From the IMG/VR virus record IMGVR_UViG_3300044624_001054, positions 1 through 64,000 of that record: 64,000 nt of DNA, one strand, 5' to 3'. The stretch is from a virus. Numbering within the stretch: the stretch's first letter is position 1; every line of letters begins with the position of its first letter. The translations under genes were made by a program, and so were the position numbers. Of the stretch, positions 1-9,641 are shown one piece after another. The notes under the pieces are model-generated. The model was not told where the DNA came from, searched no databases, and saw only the letters and a list, made by a program, of their open reading frames with translations.

Positions 1-502
1 GGAGGCAAAATTCTAAACTAGATATTCTCGCATCTAATATATTTTCATTGAAGCCTCCAATTTTTTTATAAACATCTTTATTTAAAATAAATGCACCGCC
101 TGGAAAAAAATCATTACTTTGAGATTTTATTGGTTCCTCTAATATTTCATTGTTTATAATAATATTTAATATATTTTCATCTATTTTATCAAGTCTGAAA
201 ATTCTTAAAAATGGTTTAACCACTATATTTTTATTTTTAATAATATCCAATGAACTATTTATTGATTCATTGGGGAGAATGCAATCAGCATTTATTAAAA
301 TAACATCTTCTTCTTCATATTCTGTGAATGCTAAATTTCTTGATTTAGAAAGATTAAATTGATCATCCCCTGAATCTAATAATACAATTTCATAATTAAA
401 CTGTTTGTAATATTTTTCTACAGTATCTTTCATTGCAGATTTAGTATTAGTAGAATCTTCTCTAAAAGGAATAAAAATTTTTTTATTTGTAGATAATGTC
501 AA
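1..502 (-). CDS. Glycosyltransferase (GT-A, GT2/GT7-like), runs off the left window edge
   Basis: Not in the ORF track. Manual translation gives KIFIPFRED...FNLSKSRNLAF...LINADCIL...GGAFILNKDVYKKIGGFNE, typical GT2/GT7 motifs. Probable TTG start near 502. Confidence 0.7.
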   Translation of the reverse strand, partial: MTLSTNKKIFIPFREDSTNTKSAMKDTVEKYYKQFNYEIVLLDSGDDQFNLSKSRNLAFTEYEEEDVILINADCILPNESINSSLDIIKNKNIVVKPFLRIFRLDKIDENILNIIINNEILEEPIKSQSNDFFPGGAFILNKDVYKKIGGFNENILDARISSLEFCL

Positions 503-1637
503 TTTCAGGGACCTTCCACCAGGGTAAACATTTTAATATATCCAAGTCTATACCAGAATATTTTTGAAACGAAATTGTGCTTCTTGGCAGGTAGCCAAAG
601 TATTCTTTTTTCAATATTAAATTTTTTATTATTTCATTTTCATGCAGGACAGCAGGGTTATTTATTTTTAAATTTTTTATATGTTTTATATAAAAAAGAT
701 GCTGGCTTTCCACTGATTCATATGATTCTATATTTTTACTTTCTCTTCCCTGTTCTCCTGAACTTAGATATTTATGGAAGAAAAAAACATTTTTTGTCCA
801 CACAAAATTATAGCCTCTTGCATAAGATAAAGAAGACTGATAAAATTCTTCTAACCAAAAATTTATTCTACCATCTAAATTAATATTAAATTTAGTTACC
901 CAAGGATCTGCTTCCGTAAAAAGAAAGTGAGCGGAAATTTTTTTTGCAGGAAGATATCTACCATCTATTAGGTGATTTAAAATATTATTTTCCACATTAT
1001 TTAAATTAACATCATTTGGTAGTGGAAATATATAGTTATCGTTACTATAATTTAATGCTCGGGGGCCGTTATAATCAAAGAACTGCCACAGTGAAATTTT
1101 ATTATTTTTATTAAAAACAATATCTTTATATTCAAAGATATCTAATTCTTCTACGTTAGAAGAATATGATTCCTTATTAGTTATAACATCTAAATCTTTT
1201 TTATGGTTATATGGCAGCAAGTATGTGGTTAAAATTATTCTTTTACCAAAATATTTTTTTGCATCTTCATATTCATTTATTAATTTTTCATCCCAATCCT
1301 TAACAAAAGAAGTATGAGAATCTAAAGATAAATAGTAGTCTTCATTTGAATAATGTTTTAACGGTTGAAGCCTTCCGTTGCCAACGCCAGGAGAATTTTC
1401 CCAATAAACAATATCAAATTTTATGCTCTTATTAAAATTATTTATTTTTTTTTCTAGACTATAAAAAAAGGGAGCGCCTTCAGAATTTAAATCTTTTTTT
1501 TTCCAAAAAATGGTGGTTCCAACAGTTATTCTTTCTGGATTTTTTGCGGACTCAAAAAGTCTTTCTACTGTTGGAAAATATTCCTTATCGTTCATAGTAG
1601 GTATAGATACAAAAATAGTTTTATTTTTATCAGTCAT
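483..1637 (-). CDS. GT60-like GlcNAc transferase (Skp1 hydroxyproline GlcNAc-transferase family)
   Basis: TIFVSIP..D.E..PTVERLFESAKNPERITVG, GVGNGR, YSNEDYYLSLDSHTSFVKDWD, EEF...LSYARGY...HKY. Confidence 0.75.
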   Translation of the reverse strand: MTDKNKTIFVSIPTMNDKEYFPTVERLFESAKNPERITVGTTIFWKKKDLNSEGAPFFYSLEKKINNFNKSIKFDIVYWENSPGVGNGRLQPLKHYSNEDYYLSLDSHTSFVKDWDEKLINEYEDAKKYFGKRIILTTYLLPYNHKKDLDVITNKESYSSNVEELDIFEYKDIVFNKNNKISLWQFFDYNGPRALNYSNDNYIFPLPNDVNLNNVENNILNHLIDGRYLPAKKISAHFLFTEADPWVTKFNINLDGRINFWLEEFYQSSLSYARGYNFVWTKNVFFFHKYLSSGEQGRESKNIESYESVESQHLFYIKHIKNLKINNPAVLHENEIIKNLILKKEYFGYLPRSTISFQKYSGIDLDILKCLPWWKVPEIDIIYK

Positions 1638-2346
1638 AATTTTTTTTCACCCATATATTTTTCCTATAACCAGAATAAAAATAATCAAATACTTTATTGT
1701 TTGTTCCTCTATGAAGGATTTCGTCCCATTTTTTTATCTCTGATTTCCAATTTTCTCTTTTAAAGAAAATCATTTGATACATAGGAGTTCCTTTTGGAAT
1801 AATCCCCTCAAAATCTTTTTTAACAAAAAATTGTATCTTTCCACCTACGGGCCAACGATCTGTATCAATAATTCCACTTATTGTATAAAATGGCAGATTA
1901 TTTTGATTTAATGGATGTACATATAATGTTGACCATCCTGGTGGAGTTTTTGGCTCCCATTGCGTCCACCAAGCCATCATTTTATCGTGATATCCTTGTT
2001 CTGGAAATATAGGATTTTTTTCATGTCCGTCTACAACTAGTTGCGCTCCTACTGTAGGGTAATGATATTCAACCTTTGAACCAGTCACAGAAATGGCTAA
2101 ATCACACCATGTTTCTTGTATATATCCAGTAGTAAATGAGTCTAACATAGGCATACATTGCTTAATAGTGGTATTGGCTCTTTTTGAATTAATTCTAGGT
2201 TTAGATCCTGTTGAAAATGGAGGAGTTTTTTTATACCAATCAGGAACGTATAGTCGCGCTGGTTTTGGGGGATCTATAAAATGACTAGCATATTCATTTT
2301 GTGGAATCCATTCAACTTTCATTATGAAAAATCCTTTCTCTCCCAA
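1630..2346 (-). CDS. DUF6065-like protein, paralog 1
   Basis: PKPARLYVPDWYK, TIKQCMPMLDSFTTGY, KTPPGWSTLYVHPLN, SGIIDTD, GTPMYQMIFFKRE; motifs shared with the two neighbouring genes. Confidence 0.55.
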   Translation of the reverse strand: MGEKGFFIMKVEWIPQNEYASHFIDPPKPARLYVPDWYKKTPPFSTGSKPRINSKRANTTIKQCMPMLDSFTTGYIQETWCDLAISVTGSKVEYHYPTVGAQLVVDGHEKNPIFPEQGYHDKMMAWWTQWEPKTPPGWSTLYVHPLNQNNLPFYTISGIIDTDRWPVGGKIQFFVKKDFEGIIPKGTPMYQMIFFKRENWKSEIKKWDEILHRGTNNKVFDYFYSGYRKNIWVKKNYD

Positions 2347-3062
2347 ACTTCTTTTTTATATCCTGAAGAAGCGTGTCTTCTAACCTTACTGTTTAATATA
2401 TTATACTCCATTGGGTCCATAAATCTAGAATCTGATTCCCAGTTATCTCTTTTAAAAGGAATTATACTCATCATGGGGGTTCCCATTGGAATTAAACCCT
2501 CAAATCCTTTTTTTAAAAAGAATGGGTGATTTCCAGTTGCATACCATTTATCAGTATCCATAACTCCAGATATTGTATAAAATGGTAGGTCTGGCCTATT
2601 TATTGGATGAGTATAAAACGAACTATATCCATCTGGAGTTTGGGCCTCCCAATGAGTTAACCAAGTAAACTCAAGTTGGTAGTAGTCTTCTGGAATAGGC
2701 ATAGAATGTTTGTTTGGCCCCCCTCTATACCCTATTAAGTCAAACATGCCGTTACAATGTATTTTTATATCGTTGTCGTCAAAGCCCCTCTCAACAACGA
2801 GGTCGCACGGGGTTACAGCCACATAACCAAAAGTTAGACTGTCCAAAAATGGCATACAAAACTTAAAGGTTGAGTTATTGTTTCCATTATGTTCATCAAA
2901 CGTTGGCTTTTTAGTTTTATAATTAGACATATTTTTATACCATTCTGGAAATATTTTTTTAGATGGTACTGGGGCTGTTGTCGATTTAAATGTAAACTCA
3001 TCCTTAGCAACAAAGGTTATATTTTGATTACTAGAAGTTATCCTATTCTTTTTTTTAAACAT
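2322..3062 (-). CDS. DUF6065-like protein, paralog 2
   Basis: PEWYK, TFKFCMPFLDSLTFGY, TPDGYS..THPINR, SGVMDTD, GTPMMSIIPFKRD. Confidence 0.55.
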   Translation of the reverse strand: MFKKKNRITSSNQNITFVAKDEFTFKSTTAPVPSKKIFPEWYKNMSNYKTKKPTFDEHNGNNNSTFKFCMPFLDSLTFGYVAVTPCDLVVERGFDDNDIKIHCNGMFDLIGYRGGPNKHSMPIPEDYYQLEFTWLTHWEAQTPDGYSSFYTHPINRPDLPFYTISGVMDTDKWYATGNHPFFLKKGFEGLIPMGTPMMSIIPFKRDNWESDSRFMDPMEYNILNSKVRRHASSGYKKEVWERKDFS

Positions 3063-3766
3063 TATTTAAAAATCTTCCTATTCCACCATTTTTTCTTATA
3101 CCTATTGATAAAATAACTATCGTGAAAATTGTTTAATGCTAAATATTCTTTTTCATCATGTTCACCAATTTTTGTTTTCCAACTTTCTCTTTTGAATGGA
3201 ATTACCTGAGCGATGGGAGTCCCATGTGGAATTATACCTTCAAAGTCTTTTTTTATAAAAAATGGAAAATTAACTGTTAAAGGAAAAGTATCAGTGTCTA
3301 CTACTCCCTCCATGATTTCAAATGGGAGGTCTCTATGATTTGGAGTAGTAAATAGGACGCTGTATCCTTTAGGAGTTTTTATATGCCAAGGATTTATCCA
3401 TTTTAATATAGATTTATCATAACAATCTTTTATTGGATATAACGGTGCCTGCTCTAGTGCATGACCTTCTACCGCCCTTGGTACATCCCCCCTTTGTACA
3501 CTAAAATGATAACTAACAGAATTATTTTTACGTTCTACATATACATCTGTCCATAATTTTATTATATATCCCTGAGATATTGCATCTAGGACTGGTATAC
3601 ATTTTTTTAAAGTTAGATTCAAATTACCCCCTTCTGCCTCCACTTTCCCGCCAATAAAAGAATCTGTTTTTTTATACCATTCGGGCAAATTATTTATTGA
3701 AGGCGAGGGCATTTCTGCGACATGAGATAATGACGGCTCTGTTAAAGTAAAAGTTATTTCTTTCAT
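3062..3766 (-). CDS. DUF6065-like protein, paralog 3
   Basis: PEWYK, TLKKCIPVLDAISQGY, KTPKGYS, EGVVDTD, GTPIAQVIPFKRE. Confidence 0.55.
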   Translation of the reverse strand: MKEITFTLTEPSLSHVAEMPSPSINNLPEWYKKTDSFIGGKVEAEGGNLNLTLKKCIPVLDAISQGYIIKLWTDVYVERKNNSVSYHFSVQRGDVPRAVEGHALEQAPLYPIKDCYDKSILKWINPWHIKTPKGYSVLFTTPNHRDLPFEIMEGVVDTDTFPLTVNFPFFIKKDFEGIIPHGTPIAQVIPFKRESWKTKIGEHDEKEYLALNNFHDSYFINRYKKKWWNRKIFK

Positions 3767-5034
3767 TTGTCTATCCTATTCCAATGTAGAGAGTTTTCAT
3801 TTAACGAGAAGTTGTACATAGATATACATAAGTTTATTAGACTATCAATACTATTTAAAATTTTAGTTTTTCTTACTTTAAATTTTTTATCTTCCCAGTC
3901 TACAGCAAGAATATAGTTAAAAAAATCTTTTTGCTTGGGTTCCATTAATAAATAAATTTTGTTTGTTTTCTCTATAATATTTTTTCTTAATTTTAACTGT
4001 TTTTCAAGCATGTCTTCGCTGCTATATATTTCAGATATTTTCTTTCTTTTAGGTGATAAAAATTTTTTATCACTATATAAATGATATATAGGTAAATATC
4101 TAAGAGAAAAAACTTGACATTCATTATTTAATAAATTAATAAATGTATGAAAGTCAAAATCTTCTTCATCTATTAGGTAGTCCTCAGTCACATTATTTTT
4201 AAAATATTCTTTGGCGAGACCGAATATAAAATAAGATGATAGTCCGAAAGATCTAGACGCAAACTCATCGTCCACAAACTTCCTTTTATGGAATTTAGGA
4301 AAGCCGTTTTGTAATAAAAATTTCTCGCACTCATCTATCTCTCTAATATCTGATCTTAAACTGTGACTGGTTTCTGAATCTGCGATAACTGATACTATTT
4401 CTTTTTCAGAAATAAAGTCATGGTACCCACAAAATGGAATATGTGCCGAGTCGTGGAGTTCTCTTTGCATGGACATATTTGTCATATGATTTGTAAAATA
4501 TACATAACCAGGGATTACCTCATCATGTGGCAGCCACCCTCTTGGGAATGCTGTGAAAATTAAATTATTTGGAATAATGTATGAAAAAGATTGATGCTGT
4601 TTAATTAAAATATCGTCCCAGAACGGGTCAAATTCCGATGCCGATGAAATAGAAAGGTAATAATCTTCTTTGTTGTAATAAAGATCTGAAGATTTTTTCA
4701 ATTTTCCATAGGTAATATCCTCAGAGTCATTACTGATATATGTAACATTAAGGCTGTTTTTCATATTTTTATGTAAATTTAATAATGTTTCAATCCAGCC
4801 CTCATTATTGTGAACAACTGTTACACCAATAAATATATTTTCTGGTCTCTTGGCATTTAACATCAAAGAGTTGATGGTCCTGATGACATTATCATCACCA
4901 TAGGAAACTATGGATACAAAGATAGATTTTTGTAAACGACTACTTTCATCTAAATCTAGATTAGTTCTTGAATAACTATCAAATCTTTTTTTCTTATTCA
5001 TTAAGATCCTATCGCCCAAGGTGGTCCCATCCAT
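3763..5034 (-). CDS. Second GT60-like protein, with a degenerate metal-binding motif
   Basis: SIFVSIVSYGD...TINSLMLNAKRPENIFIGV and YNKEDYYLSISSASEFDPFWD align with 483-1637, but DSH is replaced by SSA. Confidence 0.65.
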   Translation of the reverse strand: MDGTTLGDRILMNKKKRFDSYSRTNLDLDESSRLQKSIFVSIVSYGDDNVIRTINSLMLNAKRPENIFIGVTVVHNNEGWIETLLNLHKNMKNSLNVTYISNDSEDITYGKLKKSSDLYYNKEDYYLSISSASEFDPFWDDILIKQHQSFSYIIPNNLIFTAFPRGWLPHDEVIPGYVYFTNHMTNMSMQRELHDSAHIPFCGYHDFISEKEIVSVIADSETSHSLRSDIREIDECEKFLLQNGFPKFHKRKFVDDEFASRSFGLSSYFIFGLAKEYFKNNVTEDYLIDEEDFDFHTFINLLNNECQVFSLRYLPIYHLYSDKKFLSPKRKKISEIYSSEDMLEKQLKLRKNIIEKTNKIYLLMEPKQKDFFNYILAVDWEDKKFKVRKTKILNSIDSLINLCISMYNFSLNENSLHWNRIDK

Positions 5035-5642
5035 GTAACTATAGCATATTTTATCCCTTCTAGCACTGGACGAGCGCTATGAGTATAGGCGTAGTTCGAT
5101 GGGAAAAGAATTATTGATGGATTTTCTGGTTTAACTGTAACATTAAAATTAACAAAATGTGTCCCCCCAGAAACATATTCTTTAGGGTTTAATAGAATAA
5201 GGCCAGAGACTGTTCTCCAATCATGACCTGGGCCTTGGTCCGAATGGGCTTTATATTGATTTCCAGGTGAATATTTTAATACCTGGAAACCTTCGTCAAA
5301 ACCTATTTCAACCCCGTATTTCTTTTCATATATCTTCACACACGAATCATAGATTTTAATAATGTATTCGTAGGCTTCGTTAATTTTGCAATCTGGTGTC
5401 TTGCAATCATGTCTACTGAAATTCATTGTTTGATTTGATCGATACATTCCTCCATCTGAGGAATTAATACCAGCCCCAACTCTGGCATTACTGTACTTTG
5501 CAGGACAATTAACATTTTTGTCACAATCTTCAAAAATTTTTATTATTTTTTTTGATGCTTCTTCAGATATTACATTATCAAATATTTCAATGCATCCGGC
5601 CTCTGTATAGGAGTTAAAAATATCTTTATTCATTTTACTCAT
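5001..5642 (-). CDS. Prolyl-4-hydroxylase-like 2OG-Fe(II) oxygenase
   Basis: EGFQVLKYSPGNQYKAHSD (HxD), RTVSGLILLN, GGTHF, LFPSNYAYTHSARPVLEGIKYAIVTW (distal His and 2OG-binding Lys). Confidence 0.85.
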   Translation of the reverse strand: MSKMNKDIFNSYTEAGCIEIFDNVISEEASKKIIKIFEDCDKNVNCPAKYSNARVGAGINSSDGGMYRSNQTMNFSRHDCKTPDCKINEAYEYIIKIYDSCVKIYEKKYGVEIGFDEGFQVLKYSPGNQYKAHSDQGPGHDWRTVSGLILLNPKEYVSGGTHFVNFNVTVKPENPSIILFPSNYAYTHSARPVLEGIKYAIVTWMGPPWAIGS

Positions 5643-6274
5643 CTCAGGTAGGAGAACATGTAGGCACTTTCATTATCTTCTAATAAACTATCTTTTATTA
5701 AGAAATCTTTTCCACCATTAAAAAATGTTCTTAAAAATATTTTTCTACCGTCTATTATATTTGATGTAGAGTTTGAATACAAGAAACTTGCAGGATATAT
5801 TGTAATGCAATTATTTTCATTTTTTTTAGAGGCATCTTTAAAATATAACCATTTTTTATCGCCTCCAGTATAATTATTATTTAATTCAATTTCTGCAACA
5901 AGGCTCCTGCTAAACGGGATAGAATTATTTAAATTGTCTGATTTGCAAGGATTAAATAAATTTTCTTTTTCTCCTGGATTTAATACATTTAATACTATTC
6001 TTTCTTGCCATTGAAGAGTGTGTACAGATTCTTCATATAAATCTACATACTCTGCCAAACACACAAGCAATTCTTTTTGAATATTTTTAATAATATCTGT
6101 TTTATTTTTTTTGTATAAAATATTCCATAAAATATTTTTTACATTTAAAGATTTTAATGAATTATTATATTCTTCACTTTCAAATATTTCATAAAAAACA
6201 TTTATATCTTCATCTGATAAAAAAAATTTATTTTTAAACACTGCTACCCCTGGAGGTAAGTTGTTATCTATCAT
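5639..6274 (-). CDS. Degenerate 2OG-Fe(II) oxygenase-fold protein
   Basis: RSLVAEIELNNNYTGGD...IYPASFLYSNSTSNIIDGRKIFLRTFF follows the P4H scaffold but lacks the HxD...H ligands. Confidence 0.55.
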   Translation of the reverse strand: MIDNNLPPGVAVFKNKFFLSDEDINVFYEIFESEEYNNSLKSLNVKNILWNILYKKNKTDIIKNIQKELLVCLAEYVDLYEESVHTLQWQERIVLNVLNPGEKENLFNPCKSDNLNNSIPFSRSLVAEIELNNNYTGGDKKWLYFKDASKKNENNCITIYPASFLYSNSTSNIIDGRKIFLRTFFNGGKDFLIKDSLLEDNESAYMFSYLR

Positions 6275-6746
6275 TTAATTCCCTAAAAATAATAATATTG
6301 TGATTAGATATATTTACTATATCTGTATTTTTAATTTCTGCCATTAAATTTATTTTGTATTCACCCATTTCTTTAAATTTAAATTTATAATAATAAGAAT
6401 ACTTTCCATCAGGACTAAACTCTACGGACTCTATTTTTACTTTTTTTTCAAAATTATTTAAATCTATTTTATAAACATCAGCGAATACTCTGACATACTC
6501 TTTTTTTTCCGCCCATTCATCCATAAAAATTATCGAAATTTCTGAATTTTCTGGACCGACCTCGTTTTCAATCCACGCTCCGTATGCTTCGGGAACATTT
6601 ATTGTACTAACTTCATTATGATTATATTCAACATCTTTTAATATATCAGATGGTCCGTGGATTATTTGGTCTATATTATTTTGTGCTGCCGTAATAAGAT
6701 GCTCTGAAGCATCTAAATCTTCTGGAATATATAAATAAAGTTTCAT
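6264..6746 (-). CDS. Hypothetical protein
   Basis: 160 aa ORF tightly packed within the operon. Confidence 0.6.
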   Translation of the reverse strand: MKLYLYIPEDLDASEHLITAAQNNIDQIIHGPSDILKDVEYNHNEVSTINVPEAYGAWIENEVGPENSEISIIFMDEWAEKKEYVRVFADVYKIDLNNFEKKVKIESVEFSPDGKYSYYYKFKFKEMGEYKINLMAEIKNTDIVNISNHNIIIFRELNDR

Positions 6747-6749
6747 TTT

Positions 6750-7433
6750 TTATACCACAAACTGTAGGGCTGATCCACTTGTATATCCTAACGTATTAAT
6801 ATTAATTGATGAAGGTTTTATTTTACTAGAACAATATATTGCTACTCCGCCACCCGTTAGATATGCCGTACCATTATTAAATCCATCTGCATAAATAGTT
6901 CCCCTTCCAGAGACTCTTCTTGCTGATACTACCACTACTCCTCCACCAGGATTAGTTGAATCCCCAGCGCCACCATTTAAAGGAAGGGGAGTTTGCTGTA
7001 TAGCATTTAAAATATACCCTTCTACGGCATATTCTGGTCGGTCAAAGTAGTCTGCCCCTCCGAAACTAGCAGATGGGCCAAATGCATTATAACTTGCGCT
7101 ATTTCCACCAAGGCTATTTGAGACTGAAGCCGTAAAACCTCTCCCTAAAGACCCTACAGCATTAGAACCATTTTTAAGCCCTAGACTAGTTGATGAATCT
7201 TGATCTGTAGATCCATTAAAAAGCAAAATATTTCTAACAAATACCCTATATCCAGCAGTATTCACATGGACACCAGAATTAATAGTTAAGTTATAATAAT
7301 ACATATCTCTAGCAAGAGAAAAGTTAACAGATGCAGTAAAATTTCCATCTTTTCCAGAACCATATATTGGGTCGGGAATTAAAGATACAGCATTTGTATT
7401 ATTTGCATCTCCACCTATATTTATAATTGGCAT
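6750..7433 (-). CDS. Gly-rich putative virion protein, short paralog of 7433-9304
   Basis: YGSGKDG..LARDMYYYNLTI..NTAGYRVFV and GGGVVVVSAR..G.GTI.ADG are shared with the adjacent gene. Confidence 0.6.
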   Translation of the reverse strand: MPIINIGGDANNTNAVSLIPDPIYGSGKDGNFTASVNFSLARDMYYYNLTINSGVHVNTAGYRVFVRNILLFNGSTDQDSSTSLGLKNGSNAVGSLGRGFTASVSNSLGGNSASYNAFGPSASFGGADYFDRPEYAVEGYILNAIQQTPLPLNGGAGDSTNPGGGVVVVSARRVSGRGTIYADGFNNGTAYLTGGGVAIYCSSKIKPSSININTLGYTSGSALQFVV

Positions 7434-9304
7434 TATTGGATTCCTTCATTTTTAATTATTATAACAGTTCCAGAACTTGCTCCGTTGCTGCCACCTGAAC
7501 CTGCTGCTGCACGAATATCAATGTTTATTGGAGGATCTTTTTCTGTGATGACTAAAACTACTCCTCCACCACCCGCGTATCCAGCAATCCCAGGGCTACC
7601 AGGGATTCCTCCCTCGGCAACGCCGCCAACCCCTCCTGCTCCTCCTGCTCCTCCTGCGCCTCCAGGCCAGAATTGCTCAGGTTGATTTGCATTTTGCTGG
7701 GCACTAAATTCTAATTGATTGTTAAAAGTTGATGGTTGAAATGCTGATGGATAAGTTTGCACCAAAGGGTACGCTACAAAAGTAAAAGTGCCGTAATTAG
7801 TATATGCTGGGGTGTAGGAGGAGGGTATAAAGGGGTTTACTCTAGTTTCAACGAATGGATTTAAACGGCCTTCAGCAGTTCTAACCTCGTTCTGAGCATT
7901 CTCACGAGCCTCAAGAGTTCTAATCTCATTTGATGTATTTAACCTGGCTTCAACTTGTCTAATCTCAGTAGGTGGACCTAGCCTAGCCTCACGCGTTCTA
8001 ATCTCAGTAGGTGGGCCTAGCCTAATCTCATTTTGGGCGTTGACCCTAATTTCGTTTCCACCAAACTGTCGGGCGGGGTTGCGTGCGAATGGATTAATTC
8101 GAATTTGATTAGCAGCATTCAATCTTGCTTCATTAAGATTTACTCTTCCTTCAACCAATCTTGCTTCATTAAGATTTACTCTTCCTTCGACCAATCTTAT
8201 TTGATTGGTAGCATTAACTCTTCCTTCGACTAATCTAACTTCATTTGCGGTATTCACTCTTGCTTCAACTAATCTTACTTCATTGGCGGACAGTCTTTGC
8301 TCAGTTCCTCCAGATGAAGGTGTAAATACTGCTGGAGAAAAAAATACATTGTAGTTAGTTGTTGGAGTTGCAGGATATGTTGGTACAACATTATAGAATG
8401 TATATCCTGGTGTGAACACTCCAACATAATAATTAAAAGCATATTCAGTTATATATGTGTATGCTGCTTGAAAAAGTCCTGGGGCGGGACTTCCAGGGTT
8501 TCCAGGACTTCCAGGATTTCCTGGAGTTCCAGGATTTCCGGGACTTCCAGGAGAGCCTGGAGAACCCCCTTTTCCGTCAGCGCGAATAATTCCATATCCA
8601 GTAATATTCCTAGCAGATATAATAACTACGCCGCCTCCTGCCCCACCAACACCGCCCAAACCAGCGGCTCCCTGGGTACCACCTATTCCAGCATTTCCTG
8701 GGGAACCAGTGTTTCCTGGATAACCCTTTCCTCCCGCTGCACCGACAATATCAGCGCTTGCTGTATACGATCCTGGGGAGCCTTCACTTCCAGGGCTTCC
8801 AGCGCTTCCTGAGTATTGAAATGAAGCGGTTGATGGTGCTGATCCAGATGGCCCTGTCAATCCTCCTGATCCCCCCATTAAAAATTTAATAGTAGAGTCT
8901 ACACTATTAATTTTATATCCGGCTATAGCCTGTGAAAAATTATAAAATTCTGCTTCTCCAAAAAAATTTTCACCAGGATTTAGTCCGCCGTCCCCACCTA
9001 GGGTATCGGAGGCTTTTATTCCTGGTAAAGCGCCGCCTAAAAGTGTTCCTGCCGATGTTGTATTTGACAATCTTCCTATTACAGATGTTGGATCGGCCAT
9101 ATGTAAGGTATCTTTTACAAAAATTCTATATCCGTTTGTGTCTATTTGAGCATTTGCTAAAATAGTTAAATTATTGTAATACATGTCTCTGGTTAAAGTT
9201 GTATTACTTACAACAGTAACATTGCCGTCTGTTCCAGGGCCATATACCGCAAGACCTCCCCTGGTAGCAATTCTACTAGGAGTAGGTATTTGTTCAAAAG
9301 ACAT
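7433..9304 (-). CDS. Gly-rich/collagen-like fibre protein with an E-x-R repeat insert
   Basis: GSPGSPGSPGNPGTPGNPGSPGNPGSP triplets, GGAGGAGG runs, and a central NEVR/VEGR/TEIR repeat region. Confidence 0.65.
   Translation of the reverse strand: MSFEQIPTPSRIATRGGLAVYGPGTDGNVTVVSNTTLTRDMYYNNLTILANAQIDTNGYRIFVKDTLHMADPTSVIGRLSNTTSAGTLLGGALPGIKASDTLGGDGGLNPGENFFGEAEFYNFSQAIAGYKINSVDSTIKFLMGGSGGLTGPSGSAPSTASFQYSGSAGSPGSEGSPGSYTASADIVGAAGGKGYPGNTGSPGNAGIGGTQGAAGLGGVGGAGGGVVIISARNITGYGIIRADGKGGSPGSPGSPGNPGTPGNPGSPGNPGSPAPGLFQAAYTYITEYAFNYYVGVFTPGYTFYNVVPTYPATPTTNYNVFFSPAVFTPSSGGTEQRLSANEVRLVEARVNTANEVRLVEGRVNATNQIRLVEGRVNLNEARLVEGRVNLNEARLNAANQIRINPFARNPARQFGGNEIRVNAQNEIRLGPPTEIRTREARLGPPTEIRQVEARLNTSNEIRTLEARENAQNEVRTAEGRLNPFVETRVNPFIPSSYTPAYTNYGTFTFVAYPLVQTYPSAFQPSTFNNQLEFSAQQNANQPEQFWPGGAGGAGGAGGVGGVAEGGIPGSPGIAGYAGGGGVVLVITEKDPPINIDIRAAAGSGGSNGASSGTVIIIKNEGIQ
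7959..8192. repeat. Intragenic tandem duplications (39-bp and 36-bp periods)
   Basis: ctaatctcagtaggtggRcctagccta at 7959 and 7998; aatcttgcttcattaagatttactcttccttcRacc at 8121 and 8157. Confidence 0.85.
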
Positions 9305-9639
9305 TATGTTACCTCTACCCCAGAGATGTGTATGTTTATTGCAGAGGCTGTTCCAGAAAGGGCTTGAATTCTCACCCCGTTTGATATAACGCTGCTTAAA
9401 TCAACTACCTGGGTGGTATTTGCAGAAATTGTAATCTCACCAAAAATTTTATTAGTTGATGACAGACTTCCTCCGTCTGGAATAAAATGAATTGTAGCAG
9501 TTGCATCTGATGAAGTGATGTTTGCTAATAAAATTTGTTTAACAATTGATGTTGTTAATGACGGAACAGTATAATAAGTAGAAGCACTAGTACTTAATTG
9601 CCTAGAATCGCAAAATTGTTTTGGTGTATAAATGCTCAT
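9304..9639 (-). CDS. Small putative virion protein
   Basis: YTVPS..TSIVKQILLAN...IHISGVE beta-rich pattern, within the tail-gene cluster. Confidence 0.55.
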   Translation of the reverse strand: MSIYTPKQFCDSRQLSTSASTYYTVPSLTTSIVKQILLANITSSDATATIHFIPDGGSLSSTNKIFGEITISANTTQVVDLSSVISNGVRIQALSGTASAINIHISGVEVT

Positions 9640-9641
9640 TT

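Noticed and set aside
7840-8300. Diversity-generating retroelement template/variable repeat pair
   Set aside because: The duplications are adjacent tandem copies within one ORF, and there is no reverse transcriptase in the window.
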